From Cyanophyceae cyanobacterium (GTDB taxonomy: Bacteria; Cyanobacteriota; Cyanobacteriia; Cyanobacteriales; JBHJGN01), in the NCBI GenBank assembly GCA_050331735.1, contig JBHJGN010000021.1:20918-84917 (forward strand): a DNA stretch of 64,000 nucleotides. The letters run 5' to 3'. Both the position numbers and the translations under genes were made by a program. The notes below the pieces were generated by a model that saw nothing but the letters and a program-made list of their open reading frames with translations, was not told the origin of the DNA and searched no databases. This document shows positions 40,633-52,250 of this stretch, piece after piece. Every line of letters begins with the position of its first letter. Within the stretch, counting starts at the first letter, position 1.

Positions 40633-41859
40633 TTATCTGCTCAAAGTCAAGGTGAGATAGGTACACCAGCCGCTCACTAGCAGGGCAACCGGCACCAAAA
40701 ACGCGGCTTGGGCTTCCGAAAAATCGAAGATTTGCGTAAAGCCGCCGTATAAAAGTAACACGGTATAGCAGCCAGCAAAAACGAATAAAATAACGGCGAA
40801 GCTGACAGGCAGAATCGCCCAGAACAGCGTGAAAACTCCTAGGGGTAAAATTGCTGTTCCAGCTAAAAACAGAGCGCCAGCCAAACTGCCGCGACGAAAG
40901 ACAAAGCAAGCGATCGCACTTGTCACAGCGAGACTGGCAAATGGAATCACGCTAAGCGTCCCTAGGCTCAACCAGGAAAAATTCTGCAAGCTAAGAGAAG
41001 CGCCACTCATAAAGCAAAAGCTAGCCATCAGGGCATACAAAATTCCGACGGCTACTGGCTTTTCAATCCGAGATAGACGCAGCATTCCTCCCACCGGATT
41101 AGCAAGCCAGATTAACCCGCGAACAGACTCGACTAGCATCGTGCTCACATCAGCCGCCGCATGAGCAATGGAAACATTCCACTGAGGATTCAGTTTTTTC
41201 AGCGTTGCTTGAGCCAGGAGATAGCCGCTGCGGTCGCCTTGTGCTTGAAACAGCCGAGCGGCGGTTTGGATATCGGCGATCGCCTGGGAATCGTCGAGTT
41301 CATGATAGGCTAATCCTCGATGGTAGTATGCTTGAGCATCCTCTTCGAGGCGCAGCGCTTGCGTATAGGCATCAATTGCTGACTGAGGATAGCCAAGACG
41401 CATTCGAGAACGTCCCTGATAGTAGAACGCTTGAGCACTGCGACGGTGACGTAAAATGTGGTAGCAGTCTTTCAAGACACCGCGATCATCACCTAGCTTA
41501 TACCTGGCCTCACACCGCTTCAGATAGGCTTCTAAAAAATTAGCATTAAGTCCAATGGCCCGAGAGTAGCACCGTTCTGCTCCCTGGTAGTCTTTTTCTA
41601 GGGCTTTTTCCACCCCGCGAACGTAGTAGTCTTTCTCAGACAATTTTTCTGAAGAGGGTGAAGGGTGATCGCCTAAAGACGATTGGCTGAGCAGATGATA
41701 AGCCTCGCAAATGTTTCTAAACTGCTCAGATGAGGCAGGATCGTTGGGATTTAAATCGGGATGATACTGGCGTACCAAACGGCGAAAAGCCGCTTTAATT
41801 TCTTCAGGCGTTGCCCCTTGAGAAACTTGAAGAACTGTGTATGCTTCAGATTCAGACAT
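40633..41859 (-). CDS. J-domain + TPR + multi-TM membrane protein
   Basis: YHPDLN J-domain, TPR repeats, hydrophobic C-terminus. Confidence 0.85.
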   Translation of the reverse strand: MSESEAYTVLQVSQGATPEEIKAAFRRLVRQYHPDLNPNDPASSEQFRNICEAYHLLSQSSLGDHPSPSSEKLSEKDYYVRGVEKALEKDYQGAERCYSRAIGLNANFLEAYLKRCEARYKLGDDRGVLKDCYHILRHRRSAQAFYYQGRSRMRLGYPQSAIDAYTQALRLEEDAQAYYHRGLAYHELDDSQAIADIQTAARLFQAQGDRSGYLLAQATLKKLNPQWNVSIAHAAADVSTMLVESVRGLIWLANPVGGMLRLSRIEKPVAVGILYALMASFCFMSGASLSLQNFSWLSLGTLSVIPFASLAVTSAIACFVFRRGSLAGALFLAGTAILPLGVFTLFWAILPVSFAVILFVFAGCYTVLLLYGGFTQIFDFSEAQAAFLVPVALLVSGWCTYLTLTLSR

Positions 41860-41954
41860 TGCTGATTGTTACGGGTGATCGGTTCAGCCTGCTCCGCTGA
41901 CTAGCAATCTTTTACACTGAACTAACACTGGATCGTCATCGATATCGGCTTGTT

Positions 41955-42350
41955 ATGAAACCAAAATTTAGAACGGCCCTCGCTTGGGAACAGGCACAAT
42001 TACTGATGCAGCCTGCTTATATCAGAGTAATCGATAACCTCCGCAAACAGCTAGAACAGACTTCCTGGAAAGGAACCTACCAAAAAATTGATACTCCTTA
42101 TCCAGGCTATCAGCTCAGTCTGTCTTTTAGAGAGCGCTCCGTTCAAATCAATATTTGGGATCTTTGTTTCCAGGTTTGCTTTCTCCACTACGATCCAGAG
42201 CAAACACACACTTCTAGAGCTGAGGAAACTCAGGATGTCGAGATTGATACTAGCTTGTTCGACGAAACGGGGGATGTAGACTGGCAGCGCTTAGAAACAA
42301 AAACTCAGCAGCTTATTAACAGTATCTTTAGTAAGCTACCTAGCAATTAG
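41955..42350 (+). CDS. Conserved cyanobacterial hypothetical protein
   Basis: AWEQAQLLMQPAYIRVIDNLRKQLE..W.GTY, WDLCFQVCF, VDWQRLE. Confidence 0.75.
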   Translation: MKPKFRTALAWEQAQLLMQPAYIRVIDNLRKQLEQTSWKGTYQKIDTPYPGYQLSLSFRERSVQINIWDLCFQVCFLHYDPEQTHTSRAEETQDVEIDTSLFDETGDVDWQRLETKTQQLINSIFSKLPSN

Positions 42351-42449
42351 CCTTCGGCTTTTAACTTGATTGGATAAAGCCTGTAGCAACTAGGTAATGC
42401 TCAACAATAAGCAATAGACTAAGAAACAGCATGATCGCGTTCAAAAGGC

Positions 42450-42842
42450 TTAACTTGCTCTTAAAACGAGGAGAATTGCGCCGATTAAGTATTCTATGCT
42501 CGTCGGCTTTACAATGTATTCGTTGAAACCCGATATCAGTGCCATCTGTCGATCCCGTTGTCTGGCTGCTGTTGTGAGGGCGATCGCCGGGAGTTTGGCA
42601 ATTTGCTCTACAGGATGGCTTCTGACCCGACGAATTAAAGAGTAGCCGTCTTCTTTGGGGAGAACGAGTTCGCTGATTACACAGTTAAGTTGAGAAGTTT
42701 CTAGCACTGCAAACCCTTCACGAGCAGAAGCAACGGCGATCGCCTGGCCTCCCTCCTCTTCACAGATAATTGTCAACAGCTCTCTTTCAAAAGGGTTACT
42801 ATCAACAATCAGTACACTGATTTTATCCAGACGTCGCTGCAT
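42450..42842 (-). CDS. Single-domain atypical receiver (Asp to Glu)
   Basis: VLIVDSN, CVISELVLPKEDGYSL, PAIALT, GFNEYIVKP. Confidence 0.8.
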   Translation of the reverse strand: MQRRLDKISVLIVDSNPFERELLTIICEEEGGQAIAVASAREGFAVLETSQLNCVISELVLPKEDGYSLIRRVRSHPVEQIAKLPAIALTTAARQRDRQMALISGFNEYIVKPTSIEYLIGAILLVLRAS

Positions 42843-43028
42843 CTTCCATTCGTTTGCTCCCCCCTTACAAGCACTTGCCCGATCGTCCTTGCTAGAAAAG
42901 CTAGTCTTGTGAAGCTTTATTGCTCTTAGACGTTCATTTGGCGACTTAAATCGTAAGTTGGTTGGACAAACAACGTCTGTTCGGTATCCGACATCTAGCC
43001 AGAGCAGCAAGAAAGCACAACTGGAATT

Positions 43029-43739
43029 CTAAGCACCAATCAACCGCTGATACTCACCCTTAATGAGGCGATAACAGCCGCAGGCTTTAGTTTCTAAAGC
43101 GTTTCGGTCAACAATCAAGATTTTCCCACGACTGTAGCGAATCATTCCTTCTTTACCCAGGGCGCTGGCAATCTCTGAAATGCTAGAACGACGAACGCCC
43201 AGCATCAAAGCCAGGTATTCTTGGGTAAGGGGCAGCTCATTTACTTGAGCATAGTCTTGAGCGAGGAGCAACCAGCGAGCCAGCCGAGCTTCAATATAGT
43301 GTTGGCTGTTGCAAAATACAGTTTGCGTAACCTGAGACAAAAAAGCTTGGCAGTAAAGCAGCAAGATTTTCTGAAGGTTACCTGCTTGCTCAAACTCTCT
43401 TTTTAAAATTTCGGCATTGATTTTGACAGCAGGGCCTGGAATCTGAACAACGGCACGATTAATGGTTGAATGACCACCGAGAATCACCGGAAGACCAGAC
43501 ACTCCTTCTCTACCAACCATGCCCACTTCACAGGTTTTGCCTTGTTCGTCTGTCGCAACGATAGAAATCATGGCTTCTAGGGGAAAATAGCTAAACACAA
43601 TCGGTTCTCCCCATTCATAGAGAAGTTGCCCCCGCGACAGGAAGACTAAACTGAAATGGGGAACAAGCTGCTGATATTCTTCTTCCGATAGAGCAGCCAG
43701 CAGTCGGTTTTCACGGAATGAATAGTTAGAGTCGGTCAT
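43029..43739 (-). CDS. Crp/Fnr-family transcriptional regulator
   Basis: ENRLLAAL, EVGMVGREG, RLARWLL, LTQEYLALMLGVRRSSIS HTH. Confidence 0.92.
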   Translation of the reverse strand: MTDSNYSFRENRLLAALSEEEYQQLVPHFSLVFLSRGQLLYEWGEPIVFSYFPLEAMISIVATDEQGKTCEVGMVGREGVSGLPVILGGHSTINRAVVQIPGPAVKINAEILKREFEQAGNLQKILLLYCQAFLSQVTQTVFCNSQHYIEARLARWLLLAQDYAQVNELPLTQEYLALMLGVRRSSISEIASALGKEGMIRYSRGKILIVDRNALETKACGCYRLIKGEYQRLIGA

Positions 43740-43903
43740 AACTAAGCACTAGAGCAAGGAACCTCACGGAAAAAAGACCACAAACAACTACCTCGGCTTG
43801 CAAAACTGGGGTGATAGAGCTGGCTCAACTGTTAGTCTTTTGCCCTTCATTTTTGCTCGTAAGCGTACTTAACTCAGGTTAGCTGGTTCGTAATTAGGGT
43901 AAA

Positions 43904-44029
43904 GCACCATCGGCGCGGGAAAAGGGCAAAGGGTCAGGGGAAAGTTGCTCCGCAACGGGAAAAGGGCCAGGGGGAAAGGGAGTCATTATTCAGCCTGGTC
44001 CTATGTCCTTTCCCCGTCCCGCCAGGGAC
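43904..44029. repeat. Hairpin + G-heptamer repeat locus C
   Basis: + units 43904-43916, 43944-43956 (GTTGC-TCC-GCAAC); - unit 44016-44029 (GTCCC-TGGC-GGGAC). Confidence 0.85.
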
Positions 44030-44030
44030 A

Positions 44031-45098
44031 TTAATCATCCATCTGCCAGGGTTCAACAATGTTATTTTCGTCGAGAATCTTTTTCGGTCGCAGCACCAAA
44101 ATAACTTGACCGAGGAGGGGCACGTTAGGAGCCTCTTCAAACCATTGCAGGGTGAGTTGCTCATTTGGGGCAACGGCAAAGTAACTATTGGGGTTCCACT
44201 CCTGTAAATCTCGGTCGATGACAACCAGTACCGTTTCTAGTTCGCCGGATAGCGCTTTGGGTAGGCGATCGCTTTTGCAGAAAACGGCTACCGGGGCCGT
44301 TGCTCTCACAATAGCGGGCCAGCCGGGTAGCGGAACCACTATGCCGCCTGCGGCATCAACAACACGAAAAGGCTCCTGGGCTTCTAAAGGAAAGACTGAC
44401 TCAAACTCTGCTTGCGTTAGCGGCAGCGATCCCGCCACTGGCACAATACGCGGTAGTTCTTCTTCCTGCTCCAGTCGATACACTGGCAACAGCGGTGCAG
44501 TGCGGCTCGGTACGACGGTAAAATCGCTGAGCAGTTTTTCAATTGCTTCTCTGGCGGAGGGGGAGTGGGCAAACTTTAGGCCCTTAGCAATTAGCCGAGA
44601 CCGTTCCTGCAAGTCTTTTTTTTGTCGCGCTCGTTTCCAGCACTGATAGGCGATCGCATCTCCGGGATGAAGAGAAAAACCGGCGGGTAGCTGAGAACGC
44701 CGGGAAAATTCTTGGTAGGCTTTGGCCACTTCATGAGCCTCATCTACGTTAAGCTGTTTTTCCTGGGCCAGCATCGCCGCTGCTGCTCGCTGTTGCTGAT
44801 TTAAAATCCGAAACTCATAAAGCACATCGCTGCGGGGCCCCTGAAAATAGGCCGCCACCGATTCTGGCACTGTTGCGCCAATGCTCGCGTAGACCTGAGC
44901 AGCCACGATGACGAGATTTTGCTGGCTGGCCTGAAACCCTGTCTCCTCAAAAATCTGTTGAGCACTGTAGCCTGAGTGCTGTAGCTGTTGACAGGCGTAC
45001 CCCCAGTCGATCCAGTTTCCTTCCTTGTGCAGGAGCGATCGCAACAACTGAGAAGCTTCGGCTTCTGACAACCTGGATGAAGTCTCTTTATCATTCAT
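44031..45098 (-). CDS. raf1: RuBisCO accumulation factor 1
   Basis: HKEGNWIDWG, IFEETGF...QNLVIVAAQVY, SDVLYEFRIL, ILVLRPKKILDE..EPWQMDD. Confidence 0.93.
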   Translation of the reverse strand: MNDKETSSRLSEAEASQLLRSLLHKEGNWIDWGYACQQLQHSGYSAQQIFEETGFQASQQNLVIVAAQVYASIGATVPESVAAYFQGPRSDVLYEFRILNQQQRAAAAMLAQEKQLNVDEAHEVAKAYQEFSRRSQLPAGFSLHPGDAIAYQCWKRARQKKDLQERSRLIAKGLKFAHSPSAREAIEKLLSDFTVVPSRTAPLLPVYRLEQEEELPRIVPVAGSLPLTQAEFESVFPLEAQEPFRVVDAAGGIVVPLPGWPAIVRATAPVAVFCKSDRLPKALSGELETVLVVIDRDLQEWNPNSYFAVAPNEQLTLQWFEEAPNVPLLGQVILVLRPKKILDENNIVEPWQMDD

Positions 45099-45355
45099 GT
45101 TTGTATTGGCAAACAATATATCTAAGTCAATAATTTCTTAAGCGTTGATTTATGTTTACAAGATAGACTAGATAGTAAGCTATGTTATCAAAGCGCTGAC
45201 CGCAAGCAGACACGGGGAAGAAAGATCAAATCGGGTTGAAGCTTCTAAATACGCCCATGCTTTACAGATACGTTATATCTTAGCTAACCAACTTGAGTCT
45301 TGCTGCCCTCCTCCCTGTAGCGACTCGATCAGAATTATTTATATTTCCAGTTTCT

Positions 45356-46117
45356 ATGTCATTATCTGCTTCTAGGCAAACGATTCATCAGCACAGAAAA
45401 AGCGAGAGTGCTCTTGGTTTAGTATCTACTACCAGTTTTCCGGCTATCGTGGGAACCGCCGATATGATGCTGAAGTCAGCAGAGGTCACGCTGGTGGGTT
45501 ACGAAAAAATCGGCGGCGGACACTGTACCGCTATTGTTCGCGGTAACATCGCCGATGTTCGTTTGTCGGTAGAAGAAGGAGCCAGAACGGCAGAGCAGTT
45601 TGGGCAATTAGTCTCTAAAACAGTCTTAGCGCGACCCATGCCTAATCTAGAAGCTGTTTTTCCCATTGGTACGCATCTGGCCGAGATCGCGCAACAGCAG
45701 CGAGGCTATAGCCGACTGAGCAACCGCTCCATTGGATTGCTGGAAACGCGTGGATTTCCGGCAATGGTTGGGGCGGCTGATGCCATGCTTAAATCGGCGG
45801 ACGTCCAGTTGGCTTCCTATCAAACCATTGGCGCTGGTTTGTGTACCGCGATCATTCGCGGTTCCGTTGCCAACGTAGCGGTTGCCATTGAAGCCGGGAT
45901 GAGCGAGGCTGAACGCATCGGCGAACTTCATGCTGTAATGGTGATTCCTCGACTTTTAGAAGACTTAGAACATACTCTCCCGATAGCAAGCTGCTGGATC
46001 GAGGAGCGTCAACCCTTACCAATTCTCATGCCCCAAAAAGTTAGGGTCAAAGAAAAACAGCTTGTACAGCTTCCTGAACTGGAGAAAGTTCCCCTTTCGA
46101 TTGAAGAAGAAAGTTAA
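45356..46117 (+). CDS. ccmO: Carboxysome tandem-BMC shell protein CcmO
   Basis: Two BMC domains: SALGLVST.SFPAIVGTADMMLKS and IGLLETRGFPAMVGAADAMLKS. Confidence 0.92.
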   Translation: MSLSASRQTIHQHRKSESALGLVSTTSFPAIVGTADMMLKSAEVTLVGYEKIGGGHCTAIVRGNIADVRLSVEEGARTAEQFGQLVSKTVLARPMPNLEAVFPIGTHLAEIAQQQRGYSRLSNRSIGLLETRGFPAMVGAADAMLKSADVQLASYQTIGAGLCTAIIRGSVANVAVAIEAGMSEAERIGELHAVMVIPRLLEDLEHTLPIASCWIEERQPLPILMPQKVRVKEKQLVQLPELEKVPLSIEEES

Positions 46118-46324
46118 TCGACGTGGAATTATTTAAGCTCGAATGAGCTCAGTAAGGCTATGGTCCCCTGTTTTCTTTCTGACAAAACTGAGGCTGTGAT
46201 TGAACTGAACAATACTCGCGAGAAGAGACAAAACGCCAGGAAAAAGGTTGAAGAGCAAAAGCAGGATTCCTGTTCCCTTTGTTGGCATCTGCAGGACTGC
46301 AAACTGTTTGAGCGATGAACTAAG

Positions 46325-46591
46325 CTACCTAATTTCCTGAAGAATAGCAAGCAATAACTGAGCGAATGCATCATCCCCGATGCGTGCAGCCGCGTCTTTC
46401 AGTAAATCTGAGGCGGAGTAGGCATCTGTTGCTTGAGTTGCTGTCGGGACAAGTAGTGGAACGTGCGCAATTAGTTGCTCTAGCTCATCTCGAATCCGCA
46501 GACGCTTAGTTTCTAGCATCATTGCGGTACGACGAATTGAACGTTCCCGATGAAATTCAGTCAACAGGGTGTTTGGTTCTGAGCAATCCAT
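46325..46591 (-). CDS. Small helical hypothetical protein
   Basis: 88-106 aa amphipathic ORF; start uncertain (46591 or 46645). Confidence 0.6.
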   Translation of the reverse strand: MDCSEPNTLLTEFHRERSIRRTAMMLETKRLRIRDELEQLIAHVPLLVPTATQATDAYSASDLLKDAAARIGDDAFAQLLLAILQEIR

Positions 46592-46886
46592 TTGTTGACC
46601 TACAGCTAAAGGGCAAAGCTTATCTTGGTGGTTGTGCCAACACACAAGCTATGTCTTTGCATTAAAGCGGATTTTCTCGAGAGGAGAACTGAACGTTACA
46701 GGAACGTTAGATATGTAAAGACTGTAGAAACTTAGTCCAAAGAAAGTTACAAAATAGTAACGATTTTCTCATTTGACTTAAACTATTTTAATAACTAGCA
46801 GTAAAAAGTAATATTCTTTGTTTTTTGCTGATTGTTGTAGAGTAAACTTTATGCTCTTTGAGTATCGCTAAAGTTTTAAACTAAAT

Positions 46887-46938
46887 CAAAAAAGGCTCAA
46901 GGCTTAAGTCCGAAGCAAATGACTGAAGCTTTGAGCCT
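46887..46938 (-). terminator. Long hairpin terminator
   Basis: AGGCTCAAGGCTTAAGTC...GACTGAAGCTTTGAGCCT with T-run on minus strand. Confidence 0.65.
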
Positions 46939-46991
46939 GGATACTAATCGGTGTCAACTGGTGATGGTTAACTTCAACTGGCAAAGTCTAC

Positions 46992-47432
46992 TTAGTTTTG
47001 TTCTGGGGAAGCAGGCACATCTACTTCAAGCTCTCCCTTTGGAGAACGATCAGACGCATCGCCTGCTTGACTTGCCTCATTCGGTTGAGGATCAGGAACG
47101 TCTACATCGACTTCGGGGACGTTAATATCAATGTCTGAAGGAACAGGAACCACTTCTGTCGTTTTATCAACGGTTCTTTCAATGATGGTCTCTTTTTCGG
47201 TACTTTGTGGTTGGGTAATATTGACATCTGGAGCTGTATTAGCGGCAGGTTCTCGTTGAGTGAGATAAAACGCCCCAATTCCTAAAGCGGTGAGGGCCGC
47301 AAAGAGAAGGCCGAGTAGCCAGCCAGTGGCGATACCGTTTTCTGTATTTTGTCTTTCAGTGGTTTGACCCTGTACATAACCTTCTCGATAAGCAGCGTCT
47401 TGAGGGTCCGTTGGTCTAGGTTGATTATGCAT
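46992..47432 (-). CDS. Single-TM hypothetical protein with acidic Pro-rich tail
   Basis: YREGYVQG, one TM, KETIIERT..EVVPVP. Confidence 0.75.
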   Translation of the reverse strand: MHNQPRPTDPQDAAYREGYVQGQTTERQNTENGIATGWLLGLLFAALTALGIGAFYLTQREPAANTAPDVNITQPQSTEKETIIERTVDKTTEVVPVPSDIDINVPEVDVDVPDPQPNEASQAGDASDRSPKGELEVDVPASPEQN

Positions 47433-47762
47433 GGTTTTCTAAAAAAGAATTGGTTTTGGGAAGAATAGGATTGGCGATAAGAAGCACTAAGCTTGGCTTA
47501 AAACTTTAATAGACTAGCTTTAGACATAAGGACGGCTTTTATCTAATAAGTAGCCTAATAACGAGCTTTTTCTTTGTTTTGTTGCCGATTAAGCTTAACT
47601 GCTTTCTGTGCCTATTTTGCTCTACAAACTCTGTAAATCCACTCCACCCCCAGAAATAAAAAAAGCTTCTGAAAACAGAAGCAAAATGAAGTTTATTGAA
47701 GTAAGATAAGTCTAAAGCGGTAAAAAAGACCGAGCGACCGGCAAATATGCTCATAAAAGCGC

Positions 47763-48809
47763 TTAACGGCTGCCAACTAACATTTCCTCTGACGACTCGT
47801 TCTGCAGCAATCCCACCAACAAAGCCGCTGGAGGCTGTCCGTAAGGCCAAGCAAACGCATGACGAAAAGCAGCGTCTTGGCAAGTCTGTAGCTGCTTGAA
47901 ATCGATAACGTCTTGAGTGAGCAAATTTTCGTATTCAAACGGCAGGCGGACGTTATGTAAGCCAGCGTTATCGGTACAGATGGCAATATCTACTCCGGCT
48001 TCAAAACAACGGTCGAAGACCACTTTGAGTTGATGCAGCTCATCGAGAGTGCCTGTTTTGAGGTAGGTTGTCGGGCAGACTTCTAAACATTGGCCGCATT
48101 GAGCCACCTCTTCGAGCAGTTCTGGATGCCGGAGCGGAATCTGAATCCCGTGACCAATCCGCATCAGGTAGGGGAGCAGTTGGGGATAAAAACCATCGGT
48201 TGTCTCGTAGAGATGACCCGTTGTTTTTAACGAGCGTGATCGCGCATACTGATACAGTCCGATAAACTCATCGAGCCGTTCAGCATAGTGGGCATCTCCT
48301 CCGGCTAAATCGACTCCACAAACATATTCAGATTGGTCTGCCGCTAAATCAACAATCGCCCGATTGACCGCATAGGGAAGGCGCGAGTGCATACAGAGAA
48401 TTTGGCTCGTGACAATCGGGTATTCTTTGACCCGACTCGCTTGACCCACCACTTCAACAATCTGCGCCATTTGCTCAATTCGTTCCGACTGGCTTAAGGT
48501 GGCATCTGTCCGCAGGTAGGGAGTGTAGCGTAGCTCTAGATAGGCTAAATTCTCAAAAATGTAGGCTCCCCGAATTAATCGGTAGATGAAGTATGGTAGA
48601 GTATGAAGCGTTTGTACACCCTCGACAAGGGTATGCAGCTCTAAATATTCGTCAAGGGTATTGCGCGATCGCGTGTAAAACTCCTCAAACTTTGGGTAGT
48701 GGGGAAACCGCTGGGCTAAATCAGCGTGATGGCGATGAAAGTACCGCCATAAAATCCTCGGAACAACTGACCCCCCTAGATGGCGGTGTAAATCGGCATA
48801 GAGTGCCAC
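47763..48809 (-). CDS. Adenosine deaminase-family protein
   Basis: ADLHRHLGGS, YLELRYTP, GHLYE, RIGHG, EVCPT, CTDNAG; AGGAGG RBS before GTG. Confidence 0.88.
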   Translation of the reverse strand: MALYADLHRHLGGSVVPRILWRYFHRHHADLAQRFPHYPKFEEFYTRSRNTLDEYLELHTLVEGVQTLHTLPYFIYRLIRGAYIFENLAYLELRYTPYLRTDATLSQSERIEQMAQIVEVVGQASRVKEYPIVTSQILCMHSRLPYAVNRAIVDLAADQSEYVCGVDLAGGDAHYAERLDEFIGLYQYARSRSLKTTGHLYETTDGFYPQLLPYLMRIGHGIQIPLRHPELLEEVAQCGQCLEVCPTTYLKTGTLDELHQLKVVFDRCFEAGVDIAICTDNAGLHNVRLPFEYENLLTQDVIDFKQLQTCQDAAFRHAFAWPYGQPPAALLVGLLQNESSEEMLVGSR

Positions 48810-48834
48810 GGAAACCTCCTTAAATAATGAATGT

Positions 48835-48992
48835 GTCGCGAACGCGACGGGGAAATTGTCCCTCCGGGACGGGCAAAGGGGAAAGGTAAATCTGTCCCTA
48901 GCGGGACGGGCAAAGGGAGAAGGAACAAACTAAATAACCACTTCCTTTTGCCCACGCCTCTGGCGCTCTCCCTTTTCCCATACCTGCGGCGC
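48835..48992. repeat. Hairpin + G-heptamer repeat locus D
   Basis: + units 48835-48848, 48858-48870, 48894-48907; - units 48954-48966, 48980-48992. Confidence 0.85.
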
Positions 48993-49036
48993 TTGACCGA
49001 GGCTTCTGCCTCCTGCCTTGCCGCTTTGCGGCTTGA

Positions 49037-50455
<1,419 letters not shown>

Positions 50456-50498
50456 ATTGTTCTCTCCACTATTCTTATTATTTTTGACTCACTAAGCT

Positions 50499-51161
50499 AT
50501 GGTTATAGTTCAAGGCCAAAAAAGACCCGCCGGGAGTAAGCCCAACGCTCTTCGCCGTGAAGGATTAATTCCTGCTGTCCTCTACGGACACAAAGGAGCG
50601 CAGTCAGACTCCCTGGTTTTAAAACAGAAAGACGTAGAACTGCTGCTTAAAGAAGCTTCGGTTAATAATACTTTAGTCGAGCTTCAAGTGACCGATGCCT
50701 GGAGTGGTCAAGCCCTGATTCGAGAAGTACAGGTACACCCCTGGCGAAGACACGTCTATCACCTCAGCTTTTTCTCGGTCGCGGCTCAAGATACTGTAGA
50801 AGTATCAGTGCCTCTCAATTTAGTCGGCGAAGCAGCGGGCGTTAAAGAAGGCGGCGTTTTAGAGCAAACCATTACCGAAATGACCGTGCAGTGTCCTCCC
50901 GATAGCATTCCGGAAACTATCGACATTGATATTTCCAACATGGAAGTGGGCACCACTTTACACGTTCGCGAACTCGCTTTGCCAGCAGGAGTGGCCGTTA
51001 TGGATGATCCCGAAAGCGCCATCTTTTCCATCGTGCCTCCCGGTGGAGGAGCCGGAGCTGAGGCCGCCGCTACAGAAGAGGCAGAAGTAGCTTTAGAAAC
51101 CGATACCGAACCCGCAGAACCAAAAACAGCACCAGAAGCTTCCGCTCCAGCAGAAGAATAA
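50499..51161 (+). CDS. rplY: 50S ribosomal protein L25/Ctc
   Basis: ALRREGLIPAVLYG, REVQVHP, HLSFF, GVKEGG. Confidence 0.95.
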   Translation: MVIVQGQKRPAGSKPNALRREGLIPAVLYGHKGAQSDSLVLKQKDVELLLKEASVNNTLVELQVTDAWSGQALIREVQVHPWRRHVYHLSFFSVAAQDTVEVSVPLNLVGEAAGVKEGGVLEQTITEMTVQCPPDSIPETIDIDISNMEVGTTLHVRELALPAGVAVMDDPESAIFSIVPPGGGAGAEAAATEEAEVALETDTEPAEPKTAPEASAPAEE

Positions 51162-51181
51162 AAATTTACTCAATTGTTACT

Positions 51182-51210
51182 CCAGGGACGTTTGCCCCTG
51201 GCTTTTTTTT
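51182..51210 (+). terminator. rplY terminator
   Basis: CCAGGG-N8-CCCTGG-CTTTTTTTT. Confidence 0.75.
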
Positions 51211-51233
51211 GTTTAATACAGAGGACACAAAAT

Positions 51234-52229
51234 ATGCATAAGTACGATGTCTACGGAATCGGCAATGCTCTGGTCGATATGGAGTATGAAGTCTCGCCGG
51301 AGCTCCTCCAGGAGTTGAAGATCGATAAAGGAGTGATGACGCTCGTAGACGAACAGCGTCAGGCGGATATTCTGAAGCAGTTTAGCGAGCTTGACTGCAA
51401 AAAAAGCTGTGGCGGTTCGGCGGCAAATACAATGGTTGCGATCGCTCAGTTGGGAGGACAAGGGTTCTATTCGTGCAAAGTAGCCAACGACGACATCGGG
51501 ACGTTTTATCTAGAAGACCTGCTGAGCTGCGGCGTCCAGACAAACTTACACGAAGAAGAGCGAGAAGCCGGAACAACGGGTAAGTGCCTCGTGATGGTAA
51601 CGCCGGATGCAGACCGCACCATGAACACCTTTTTGGGAATCACCGCTAATTTATCCGCTAACGAGCTGGCCACCGAGGCTATTCCTGATTCTCAGTATCT
51701 TTACATCGAAGGCTACCTCGTCTCCTCGCCCAGCGCCAAAGCCGCCGCCATTCAAGCTCGCGAAATGGCCCAAACTGCTGGAGTCAAAACCGCGCTTTCC
51801 CTGTCTGATCCAAATATGGTGGAATTTTTCAAAGACGGGCTGCTAGAAATAATTGGTTCTGGCCTAGACTTTATTTTCTCCAACGAGGTTGAGGCTTTCA
51901 AGATGGCCGGAACGGAGGATTTGTCAGCCGCGATTGAGCACCTCAAAACCTTGGCCAAAGGCTTTGCCATTACCAGAGGAGCGCAGGGTTCCCTGATTTT
52001 TGACGGTCAAGAGATGGTGGAGATTGAACCCGTTAAAGTGACAGCCGTGGATACGGTGGGAGCCGGAGATATGTATGCTGGAGCGTTTCTGTACGGAATT
52101 ACCAACGGAATGAACTTTGCCGAAGCTGGCAATCTGGCCTCCCTCGCTTCCTCTCGACTGGTGACTCGCTTTGGACCGAGACTGACGACAGCAGAAATGC
52201 AGTCGCTGCGCGCTAGTCTGTTAAACTAA
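51234..52229 (+). CDS. PfkB-family (adenosine kinase-like) kinase
   Basis: [44 protein letters not shown]. Confidence 0.9.
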   Translation: MHKYDVYGIGNALVDMEYEVSPELLQELKIDKGVMTLVDEQRQADILKQFSELDCKKSCGGSAANTMVAIAQLGGQGFYSCKVANDDIGTFYLEDLLSCGVQTNLHEEEREAGTTGKCLVMVTPDADRTMNTFLGITANLSANELATEAIPDSQYLYIEGYLVSSPSAKAAAIQAREMAQTAGVKTALSLSDPNMVEFFKDGLLEIIGSGLDFIFSNEVEAFKMAGTEDLSAAIEHLKTLAKGFAITRGAQGSLIFDGQEMVEIEPVKVTAVDTVGAGDMYAGAFLYGITNGMNFAEAGNLASLASSRLVTRFGPRLTTAEMQSLRASLLN

Positions 52230-52250
52230 AGCGCTGGCAACATAACGTGC

